Source of the DNA: Phoronis australis
Lineage: Eukaryota; Animalia; Phoronida
Length of the DNA: 64,000 bases
Assembly (NCBI GenBank): GCA_002633005.1
Contig: NMRA01000028.1
Span: 1,458,753-1,522,752, forward strand
Reading direction: 5' to 3'
The position numbers and the translations under genes are program-made. The notes under the pieces were generated by a model. The model made no database searches and was not told the origin of the DNA. It saw nothing but the letters and a program-made list of their open reading frames with translations. This document shows, piece after piece, positions 38,671 to 50,300 of the stretch (positions within the stretch are counted from its first letter, which is position 1; each line of letters starts with the position of its first letter).

Positions 38671-40465
38671 CCTACTTATATGGGTGTTAAGTTGTACTTG
38701 ATGTGCTGGTCTGAAGCTGTGTATTGAAAAAGTGGAAACTTACACGCTGCCCACATGGAAGAATTACTGGGCTTCGCGAAGTGAATCTTGTCATCAAGGC
38801 TGAATGTTGGATAGAACAGTTGTTGTGTGTTGTCTGTTGCTGGTGAAGGGGAACCCTTGTATAGTAGGGTGTCAAGAGTTGAGTCGCAGGTACTGAGCAT
38901 CAGGCTCGTTCCTTTCAGCTGAACATTACTAGGAACACTGAAATTTTCTGTGACAAAAACTGCCTTATCTTTTCTGAAGATTTTTTTGGTCAATTTAGCA
39001 TTTCTTACTTAGTGAAAATGGCATTTTCAGCCCTTTCTATGAAAATGAAAATAATGAAGATATAACTTCTTCAAACCATAAGTGTGATGCAGTCTGCTAG
39101 TTCTGAAAATGTCAGCTGGTGTGAGTAAGGTGTGCTCTTCACTTTTCTGTTCTAATAACTGTGTTCAATAGCGGGGTCATCCTCTGATTGTTAATCATAG
39201 CCTTGGTACACAACAATTAGCTATTTAGCTTGAGTAATGTCAGATACAAGTAATTTAATTAATACAACAGCAATTAAGCTTACCCAACATAGTATTTTCC
39301 TTTGTGCCTTTTGTTCCCAACATTATGCTTCCAGTTAGAAGAATTTTTGTTTTTTGAAGGGCTTAGTTGTGTAATTGTGAACCTTCTAGTGGCAATTTTA
39401 GTGTTGCGCAGTCTTTTGTTGGCATCTGCCTCTCTCTCTACCAAATGGTTTGAAAGATTATTAGGAAACTTGAGGGATAAGTTCCCATTGACAAGAGCAC
39501 TGCTTACACTGATGTTCGGAGGGATTGAACTACTACTGCCATGTCAGTTTTGGTAATTATACCTGTATGTGTCTGCCTTTGTAATTGTCAAGGCCCTCTG
39601 CGGAACTTGAATTTGACCTATGTTTTCCTATAAAGAAAAATACAGCAATTGCCCTTTTTCACATAGCTCTGACATGTTCTGTGCTCCTTAGCGGCAATTT
39701 TAATATTTTGGTGTCGGTTTTGTAAGAATACCTGGCTTATGGATAAACAGATCCGACATCTTTATAATGTTGTGTAATCTTCTCATTTTGTTGCATTTTC
39801 CTGTATGGAAGGCACCAGAACAAACACAACTTTTTCCTCTATCCATAAAACAGGACACAACTGTTTTTTAAATCTATGTTTGTTAATTTTGAGTTTCAAG
39901 AGTTCAATTTTGAAGGCACAGTCTGATGCTTGAATTATTGAAGCTCTTCCGGTTGTCCTCGGTCTTCCTTTCTTTACTAGGAAAAGCGAGCTTTTATCTC
40001 TGATATCATTTTTCGTGGTCAATCCACACTCTCTAAGGGCGTCATTTATGTACTGTCATTTCCGAACTCTTGCTTTGATTTGATACTCCTTATTTCAGTG
40101 TTCCAAATCTAAATTCGTGCTGAGACTCGCCACATTGACTTGATGCTTACTGTACACTTGACAATCACCAGTTTTGTATCTGGCTGGTGGGTGTACTTTA
40201 TCATTCCAGCCACCAGAAATTTTCTAGTACGCCCGAATTTCGTTGCATTCCGGCTTGCAAATTTTGTGGTCTTCCTCACCACTTTATATCTCGCTATTTT
40301 TTTAGTGGTGGCCACTTTTCCTTTTCCCTGTGATGCCCATTCGCTTACATGTGAAAGTTCGCACTTACTGTTTCGTCATTTATTTATAAGTCGTAGTTTT
40401 CACCGGCCGTCACACAAAAGCAGACCCCATCCAGCTACGGATACACAAGTTGACCGTGACATTAA

Positions 40466-40846
40466 AAGGTTACCGGTAAACCGACTTTGGCCTATTAACA
40501 GATATTAGAAACGACTTTCCCATCCAGTTCGGTGAAACAAAATGGTCCCCTATAAGCCTCGACAACCCTCAAAAGTTTGCATCAAATTCTCCCGAAAACT
40601 AACAACAAAGTCTACTAATAGACAAGCGTGACCTACGCTAGTAGGCGAGTTACACAGAACTTTTGAGAAAACAACCCCCGCCCCCCACCAAGAGCCATAA
40701 TATCCAATCTTTGACACAGTGTGAACGCCGTATGTGCATTTAGTTGAATCTTGCTTTTAGTCACTCGAGTGAGACGACAATGCTACACTCAGCTGGTGAC
40801 AGAACGAGGATTGATTACAGTCACCAAAACAGGGTTTAGTATCCTC
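40466..40846 (-). mobile_element. Second copy of the Kolobok-like element at 4095-4465
   Basis: Reverse complement shares TTTTGAGGGTTGTCGAGG, ATTTTGTTTCA..GGATGGGAAA and ATCTGTTAA.AGGCC; TTAA at 40462. Confidence 0.65.
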
Positions 40847-43813
40847 TTAGAAGTCGACTCCCGGTCCCGGCAAGTGGTGTAGCCGGTGATTGAGGTTGAT
40901 AACACGCCGCTCCTTTTGTGAAATCGTCGTCGAAGACTTCACTAGAACTTGATGCCTCCTCTTAAGTTAACTCATTCTTCACGAAAGAACATCCGAGAAA
41001 CCATAACGAATCCCCGGCTTTAGCAGAATTAGGTTATGGTTTGTCAAATGGTGTATGGTGCCTTCCTAAAATTTCGGCGTTCAGGTGCCTCCTAGCAATA
41101 CTGTAGGCACTGTTTTGTTTTTGGTCGGTCCCGCTATATTTTATCGCCATAGGCAAATTGAAAGTAAAACACATTGAACAATGGTTTCTTTAATTCTATT
41201 ATGAAACGAAAAGGGTATCGTGCTTGATAGGTTACTTCGAACGCAATTTCTGGAAACTGGAAAAATGAGACACATGCAGTCCTGTCGACAACAACCGTAG
41301 CCAAATTTCATTGGTCTGTACAAAAGAAAGGAGTGACTGGATGTACGAAAAAACTTTGTTTCCAAGTCAAAGCTGACTAGGCTACATGCTAAACTTTTCA
41401 CCAAATTTTCAAGAGTCACGCATTCGCGTTGCCATAGGAAAGAGAATTTTATCACGATTTTACGACAAATAAATCAGATTTCCACGTACTAGACACTAGA
41501 CAAGCGCGCTGAAACAGCCTGCCGATGCACAGCTATAAGTATGACATTTATCTGCATGCAGCGTGTCCCCCATCCTGCTAGAACCCTGATGTTGATCTCG
41601 TAAGTATGACTTCCCGACGGTTTTCCGCCGCCGCCTCATGTATTCTGAGCCGTCTCCATAAACCCATGCGGGTCTCATGCACCGGCCGGGTCTGTACGGG
41701 GCCCCAGTGCACGGCTGTCTGAATACCCGGAGACAATTCACTGCAGCTGTGGAACAAGAATTAGTACTTTCTCCAAGTTAGTGTCCGTGGGTCCGAAAAT
41801 GTGTCGTTTAGACGGCATAAATTAGTGTATGTACGTTTCAGTGCAGCTGCCACGCCACGTGACAGGCGGTGCGCCCGCGCGCGGATAGTGTTGGTCAATT
41901 ACAGCAAGCGAGTTATTTCCGAAGTACTGAACAATTTTAACAATCCATAAAACTGAAAATATTGAATATTGTTTTAATTTTTAGTGCTGTCATCCATCCA
42001 AAGTTTCTCTATTATGTGAATTTAATAGTGAAGCAAAAACGGTGGGTCACTTTCTTTGGGTCACCCTGTATTCCGATTTTGTCTATCTTTTCAACCACCA
42101 GAGGTCCTCGTGTGTCCAAAGCTGACTTCCGGATTATTGGCGGTGGGTTCTAAAACTGAAAACGTGCGCATAATAACAAAAGTTCACATGCCACGATTAC
42201 AGTTGGACAAATATCTTTTTTACAGCTGAACGCTTTAGTCTAGTATTGTTATGTCTTGACTAAGGGAACTGTCGATTTTCGTTTGTCGCTGGATCACGAT
42301 CAATGAACGGATGACTGTCTTTAGTTTAACAATGGTTAATCTCGGTAAAAATGTCAGTGGCAATGCCAGTGCTCAGGCGCATCCAGATGTCAGTACTGAC
42401 TAAAAGCAACGGTATATCCTAACCCAGCCAGAGTGGCGAAAGATTTTCTGCAATTTATGCTTAGTTGTGGCTCTCAAAGTCGTGTTACTTATACACACCT
42501 TTCGAGTGTAAACCCTGGCTTTGTAGCCAGCGTGCTAGCTGTATGAAGACTGTCGTCAAAATACAGCTAGGTCCCACTGCGTGTATTTCTTCTGTAGACA
42601 GCGAAATTGCACACAGCCAAGGTAGTTCTGCTCACCACCGCGCCATGAAACTTGTATCAACATGTAAAGCTAAAGACCGAACGGTGTGCTTGCAAAATTA
42701 TATACAGCTTTGTACCAAGCCTACCAGGGGTACTGGCTTTGGAGCCAGTTACTGAGTTAGTAAGAGTTAGTTAAGTTTTCAAATCCTTGCATGTTGCAAA
42801 AAATCTAATGCTCCTACATTCAGCAATTTTTACTAAATATTTGTTCGTTAATTAAAAAAAAAACATGAACTGAGCCATTTTCTGTTTTGATTCACTGAGG
42901 ATGTTTATAGCATGTAAGTTTTTTAATCATATTGAGGTCGACCTCTATGACCTCGGGTGTGACCAGTTACTGGTGATCCGACAGAGTTTGGTAAAGTCTG
43001 AAACTTGGCTGCTAGGACTACACCTCTTTTTCCTGAACAAAATGGTATCATTGACGAATGAAGAGCTGAAATGGACAGAAATTTAAGACCATTGATGGCC
43101 TCCAAAGGTCTCCTCTTATGTTCGAAAGATACTTATAGGGCAACGTGACTTGATAGTGTGAGGTATAATTTGCCGAAGAGCATCCGTTGTATGGTGGTCC
43201 TATGGGATAGCCACCACCTAAGCCAGCTTCCAGTCCAGGTCAGACAGACTGGTATTCTCAATATTGACTACACTGTATTCACTTTGCCAAGACATCAACC
43301 ATTATTTCAATAAAGCGGTCCATGATTTCAAGAACCTGGTATTCACTGAAGAACGAACCCATTATTGAGTGGATGAGACTGGTTTTCAAATCGGAGACTG
43401 CTGTGTTCGACTATCAGTGGTGCCTTATTACTTGGTCCAATGAAATTCGTCACGTCTGTTTATCTGTCATGAAGTTATTGCCATTATGATTTTATGTTTG
43501 TTCTCGTGCTACAGATCACATTTTTTGTCCGATCAACTGGGACACGGAACTCACTCATCATGTGGCAATAGCTCAAGGCCTGTTGTTTTACAAAAATCAA
43601 ACTCATAATACTTATTTGCACTCGATCTATTAATTAGAGACCGTTTTCCGATATTGTTTATAGTGCTTTATTTTATCACAATCAATTGAGCATTACATGA
43701 ACATCACCATATTGCTTCGCAGTAGCCCGGTCTATCGTATTGCTTGGCATAGCATGTGATGAAATGTCAGTTGTTGGTCAAAATGTGAATGACTTTACAG
43801 AGACCTATGAACT

Positions 43814-43898
43814 ATGGCGAGCCAGTCACCTGAAGCTATGGAGAGCCAGTCACCTGAAGCTATGAAGAGCCAGTCACCTGAAGCGAAAAGACGTAGAG
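43814..43898 (+). CDS. GTF3C2: Alternate-haplotype copy of the GTF3C2-like first coding exon (MASQSPEAMESQSPEAMKSQSPEAKRRR)
   Basis: Acceptor tttacag| at 43800, donor G|gtatag; homologous to 47289-47349. Confidence 0.6.
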
Positions 43899-46800
43899 GT
43901 ATAGTTTTATTTCAGTTTAAACCTGTCTGTGCACAATATAATTTGTTTTTCTCACGGTTTTATAAAATCAAAAAGTATCACAATGTTAAAGACCTTGAGT
44001 TGCTGCCATAACAGGAACGGGTAGAATTTCTAGAATCTGACTTCTTTCACAGAATTAAAGGTATTGAACGGTCTTCACATATTTCAGTAGTAGATACGAT
44101 AATTCTTTCTGAAGGTGACACTGTTCTTTTTCCAATTTTGGGACAAAATAACGTGCCGCACAGCAAGCTAGCGGTATAACGGAAGTGATGCATAATTAAG
44201 GGGAAAAGTAAGGCAATTCCCATGTCATTTTCGTCGTTGAAATACATAGAACAGAATTTGTTAAGTTATGAATATAAAAAACACGATTTTTGTTTGCCTA
44301 AAACGGATTTATCTGTTTTTGATTACGGAAAATCATGTTCTCTTGATTTTGTTGAAGTAACTTTACTTTGTTTGCCATATTACTTTGTGTCTTTTGTGAC
44401 CCATATTACTTTCAGCTATGGTCTTGTTCCTGGTTCAGATTAGATTGGCTTTCTGAGCTTGGGATAACAGTTTGTTAACTCTTGAAACCATGGTTTGTAA
44501 CTTGTCTTATACTGTCAGGTCAATTTGTGGTCTCAAATGCTGACAAACTGTCTTCTGTTTCATCTTTAGAAATCCCCTCTAATTAGATATAAGGGAATCT
44601 AATTCTTTTTTTGTCATTGGGGGATGGGGGGNAGAGGTGTTGTTGCACAATAGTGCATCCACCTATCGAATAAAGCAGTCAGAAGTGGCTGTGGAAGACA
44701 GGTGTGTCATTGCACAATATTGCGTCCACCCATCTTATAAAGCACCTGAAAGTGGTTAAGGTGTCCCACTATGCCCAAAAACCTGGAAAGGTATTTACAA
44801 CAACGTCATTTTGATGCTTTGCAAGTTTGCCTTTAGTCAGTGTGAGGCACAGTTTGCCAAAATTCTGTCCTGGCTATAACTCTCAGGAGGTACACCGTCG
44901 CTTGTCAGCTAGAGACGGTGGTCAGGGTCTCAGCTCACGGCTGAAGTGAAGTACCAGTGGAATTCGTAGTCTCGGATGTCATACCTTGCAGTATATAGTG
45001 TATTAGAGCCTTTTAGAGACGATCAGAACCCGAGGACGAGCTCACGTAGGCTTCCCTGCCAGTGCCAGCCAACAAAATCTCCTACATTTGTACATTTAGA
45101 AATAATTCAAGCTCAACACTCTTTGAAAGATACTCACACACATCAGTGACATTTCCCTTTATCTCTTTTTTCCAAAATAAACAACATAAGAGGCACAAAT
45201 GATGCTTTTATAATAAGTCGAATACCCAGCGGACTGCTTGGATGCATTATTGCGCAAAAACCGGAAGCCGAAAAACTAGCGCATGCGCAGACCACCTGGA
45301 TGCATTATTGGACAGGATGCATTATTGGACACGACACCGGTCTACTCCCAGTCCATGCACCGCGGGTCTGAGACACTCGCCCCAGTACGCGGCTGTCTGA
45401 ATACCCGGAGACAATTCACTGCAGCTGTGGGAGAATTAGTACTTTCTCCAAGTTAAGTGTTCGTATGTCCGAAAATGTGTCGTTTAGACGGCATAAATTA
45501 GTGTATGTACGTTACAGTGCAGCTGCCACAGGCGGTGCGCCCGCGCGCGGGTAGTGTAGGTCAATTACAACAAGCAAGTCATTTCCGAAGTACTGAACAA
45601 TTTTAACAATCCATAAAACTGAAAATATTGAATATTGCTTTATCTTTTTAAAACTGTCATCCATCCAAAGTTTCTCTATTATGTGAATTTAATAGTGAAG
45701 CAAAAACGGTGGGTCACTTTCTTTGGGTCACCCTGTACTTCGATTTTGTCTATCTTTTCAACCACCAGAGGTCCTCGTGTGTCCAAAGCTGACTTCCGGA
45801 TTATTGGCGGTGGGTTCTAAAACTGAAAACGTGCGCATAATAACAAAAGTTCACATGCCACGATTACATTAGGACAAATATCTTTTTTACAGCTGAACGC
45901 TTTAGTCTAGAATTGTTATGTCTTGTCTAAGGGAACTGTCGATTTTCGTTTGTCGCTGGTCACGATCAATGAACGGATGACTGTCTTTAGTTAAACCTAG
46001 GTTTAACAAATGGTTAATCTCGGTAAAAATGTCAGTGGCAATGCCAGTGCTCAGGCGCATCCGGATGTCAGTACTGACTAAAGGCAACGGTATATCCTAA
46101 CCCAGTCAGAATGGCGAAAGATTTTCTGCAATTTATGCTTAGTTGTGGCTCTCAAAGTCGTGTTACTTATACATACCTTTCGAGTGTAATTACACTCTGT
46201 ACACCTGGCTTTGGAGCCAGTTAGTAAGAGTTAGTTAAGTCTTCAAATCCTTCCAAGTTGCAAAAAATCTAGTGCTCCTACATTCAGCAATTTTTACTAA
46301 ATATTTGTTCGTTAATTTAAAAAAGCTTGAACTGAGCCATTTTCTGTTTTGATTCACTGAGGATGTTTATAGCCCGTAAGTTTTTTAATCATATTGAGGT
46401 CAACCTCCATGACCTCGGGAGTGACCAGTTACTGGTGGTCCAACAGAGTTTGGTAAAGTCTGAAACTTGGTTGCTGGGACTACGCCTCTTTTTCCTGAAC
46501 AAAATTGTATCATTGATGAATGAAGAGCTGAAAGAGACAGAAATTTAAGACCATTGATGGCCTCCAAAGGTCTCCTCTTATGTTCGAAAGATACTTATAG
46601 AGCAACGTGACTTGATAGTTTAATAAGTGTGAGGTATAATTTGCCTAAGAGCTTCCGTTGTATGGTGGTCCTATGGGATAGCCACCACCTAAACCAGCTT
46701 CCAGTCCAGGTCAAACAGACTGGTACTCTCAATATTGACTATACTGTATTCACTTTCTCAAGACATCAATTATTATTTCAATATAGCGGTCCATGATTTC

Positions 46801-47288
46801 AAGAACCTGGTATTCACTGAAGAACGAACCCATTATTGAGTGGAGGAAACTGGTTTTCAAATTGGAGACTGCTGTGTTCAACTATCAGTGGTGCCTTATT
46901 ACTTGGTGCAATGAAATTCATCACGTCTGTTGATCTGTCATGAAGTAATTGCCATTATGATTTTATGTTCTCATGCTTCAGATCACATTTTTTGTCCGAT
47001 CAACTGGGACACGGAACTCACTCATCATGTGCGTCTTGTCAATAGCTCAAGGCCTGTTGTTTTACAAAAATCGAGCTCTAAGTACTTATTTGCATTCGAT
47101 CTATTAATTACAGACCGTTTTCCGATATTGTTTACAGTGCTTTATTTTATCGAAATCAATTGAGCATTACAGGAACATCAACATATTGCTTCGCAGTAGC
47201 CTGGTCAATCGTATTGCTTAGCGTAGCATGTGATGAAATGTCAGTTGTTGGTCAAAATGTGAATGCCTTTACAGGAGACCTATGAGCT

Positions 47289-47349
47289 ATGGCGAGCCAG
47301 TCACCTGAAGCTATGGAGAGCCAGTCACCTGAAGCGAAAAGACGTAGAG
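47289..47349 (+). CDS. GTF3C2: GTF3C2-like putative first coding exon (MASQSPEAMESQSPEAKRRR)
   Basis: Acceptor tttacag| at 47274, donor G|gtgtag phase 1, in frame with the exon at 48370. Confidence 0.65.
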
Positions 47350-50300
47350 GTGTAGTTTTATTTAAGTTTAAACCTGTCTGTGCACAATATAATTTGTTGT
47401 TTCTCACAGTTTTATAAAATCAAAAAGTATCACAATGTTAAAGACCTTGAGTTTCTGCCATAACAGAAATGGGTAGAATTTCTAGAATCTGACTTCTTTC
47501 ACAGAATTAAAGGTATTGAACGATCTTCACATATTTGAGTAGTAGATACGATAATTCTTTCTGAAGGTGGCACTGTTCTTTTTCTAATTTTGAGACAAAA
47601 TAACGTACCGCACAGCAAGCTAGCGGTATAATGGAATTGATGCATAATTAAGGGGAACAGTAATGCAATTCCCATGTCATTTTCGTCTCTTTGAAATACA
47701 TAGAACGGAATTTGCTAAGTTATGAATATAAAAAACACGATTTTATGTTTGCCAAAAACGCATTTATCTGTTTTTGATTGTGGAAAGTCAGGTTCTTTAG
47801 ATTTTGTTGAAGTAACTTTACTTTGTTTGCCATATTACTTTGTGTCTTTTGTGACCCATATTACTTTCAGCTATGGTCTTGTTCCTGGTTCAGATTAGAT
47901 TGGCTTTCTGGGCTTGGGATAACAGTTTGTTAACTATTGAAAACCATGGTTTGTAACTTGTCTTATACTGTCAGGTCAATTTGTGGTCTCAAATGCTGAC
48001 AAACTGTCTTCTGTTTCATCTTTAGAAATCCCCTCTAATTATATATATGGGAATCTAATTCTTTTTTTGTCATTGGGGGATGGGGGGAGGCTCAGGGAAG
48101 CAAGATTCTCCTGATGGACCAAAAATGCTGTCTGCACTCTGTTTTTAGGGCTTATGGGGGCCCCTCTTACAACATCCTGGAGCCGTCAGTATTACTCATG
48201 CCTTTCTGTTCATCCAATGGAATAATTTATAGAGTTTTGGACTCGTATCAGTGTATAATCAATTTCGCTGGAGTTCTTTAATTTTTTAGAGAATATTGTC
48301 AAAATACATTAATTGTTGATTTGAACATTGTTCCTGTCTGTTAACTTGTGAGGCGTCTATTAATTCCAGTGAGTTCTGAGATTTCCCCAAAATCTGCTGA
48401 TTCCATTGAAGAAAAACCTCGAAGAGGCCGACCTCGAAAACAGGTTCGAGGGCAAAGCACAAAAGGTGAGGGAAGGTTTATTGCATATTTTTGAGCATCA
48501 ATGTATCAAAGAAACATAAGAGTTACTGGAAATACTTTTTGGTTTTAAAGGTGATAGACAGTAAATAAATAAGTGCAGACAGTACATTACAATTAAGATC
48601 ATCAAGTAGTCGATTTTTGTATTGTACTATGATGTCATAGACAATTGCTTGATGAATTGTCTCATGCAAATGGATTCCTTTGACCAAATACTAAACTTCA
48701 TAACTTTTATTCTGTATAAAACTAATTTCAGTGCTATTTCTTCAATTTGAAGGTATTTTGTGAATGTTACAATTTTAGAGTAATTTTCTTCAGGTAGAAA
48801 ATCTCAAGATCAGGATACAGAAGGTGGTGCAGGACTTGCTACAGAAGACAACTATTCAAATGCACTGTCACTCGAAACTACTGAAGTTGCTAGTGAGAAA
48901 GGTGAGGCACAATAGGTGTTGAGAATGTGTAACGGCACTTTAACTTTCAGAACGTGCAAATGGCTTCAGCAGGTTTCTTGTTCATGCTTATGTACTGATT
49001 GTATTTCAACAAAACAATGGAAGCAGTTATTTGATGAATTCGGTAATGTTCGGATATAACGTGTCTGCATTTTGAGAACCAGTTTTCTCCACTGAATAAC
49101 AGGCATCAAACTGAATCTCAAAATACCGGCATGTTATATCCGACTATTGCCCTGAATTCTTCTTTATTATCTGAATTCCTAGTGGTCAAAATCACCTGGT
49201 TTATTTATTCATTCATGCATAGGGCCTAACAAATTTTTCGTTAAAAGTTTTCAAGATTTTAGGATCGTATTTCCGTAACTTCTATCTTGTTCACAACATG
49301 TTTGTCCCCTTATGATTTCACTAAATTTGTCTTTCGTTTTCATTTTTAGGTGTTTCACAAAAGTCAGCCGACTATAGTAAAGAAAAACCTCAAAGAGGCC
49401 GACCACGGAAACATGTGAAGTCATCAGGTAGCAAAGATAGCAATAGTGAGTGAAAATTTGATCCTCGTTTTTGCAGCTTTTCTAGTCAGTTAAAGCCAAT
49501 AATTAAAGAACAGTTTTGATTACTATTTGTTAACAGCACTTGGAGGCTGCAATAATGTCTGCGAAAGTGTGCCTTTTCCAATACCGTTCTCTATAAAGGG
49601 TTCACTTTGGAAATTGAAACTCTACAAAAGGGCTCCCCTTTTTCAACTGCACAAATCTACAAATCAAGTACTCAGGCTCGACAACAAGGCATCTCTTGCA
49701 TTGTTTTAGGCTTAATTAAAATTTCCAATTTCCAAGAATGTTTACATAATGGGTAGATCTTAAGGAATTGCAGAAAGTCCAAAGATGTCTCCGCTGATAC
49801 ATTGTCACAAAAGATTACTGAAGCTTTTCATTGGGGCTATGGTTGTGGATATTTACTATAATATCTAATCAACGCATACTGTTAAATTGATGATTATATG
49901 ATTGTCCAAATCTCGTGTGAAAAAGGCGTAATGCCGCTCATGGGATTGATGACATGACAGTTGGCTGCAAACAGGAGTTGCACAGATATTGGGTCCTCAG
50001 TACCTTAGTGGTAAGAGCACTATACCAGCAATCTTGAGACATGGATTTCAATTCCTAGTTGGCTGACATCAGCGTCTGTATTTGCTATATTTACTAAACA
50101 ATGTGGAATTATACTTAACTCACAAGTTAACTTGAAAACATACAGGTGACTTGTCAACATCTTTCTAATCATTACATAAGGTAATACTTGTATCTTAATT
50201 AGCTCGTTAAATGTATCGTCATATTCTAGTTAGCTGTTATTTCACTTTGTGTTTTACTGGTACACTGTTTCAATTCCGAGCAGTCAAGCTTATCTGGCTT

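Larger units (their letters stand above)
41703..48087. repeat. About 2.8-kb diverged direct duplication (41703-44631 vs 45381-48087); copy 1 ends at the N at 44632; probable haplotype duplication of the GTF3C2 promoter and first coding exon
   Basis: Collinear paired ORFs (41962/45635, 42901/46363); substitutions and indels, including about 220 bp present only in copy 1 (42511-42732). Confidence 0.9.

Noticed and set aside
41703-48087. True tandem alternative promoters of GTF3C2
   Set aside because: The junction at a lone N and two similar cases in the window favour a haplotype artefact; not excluded without reads.
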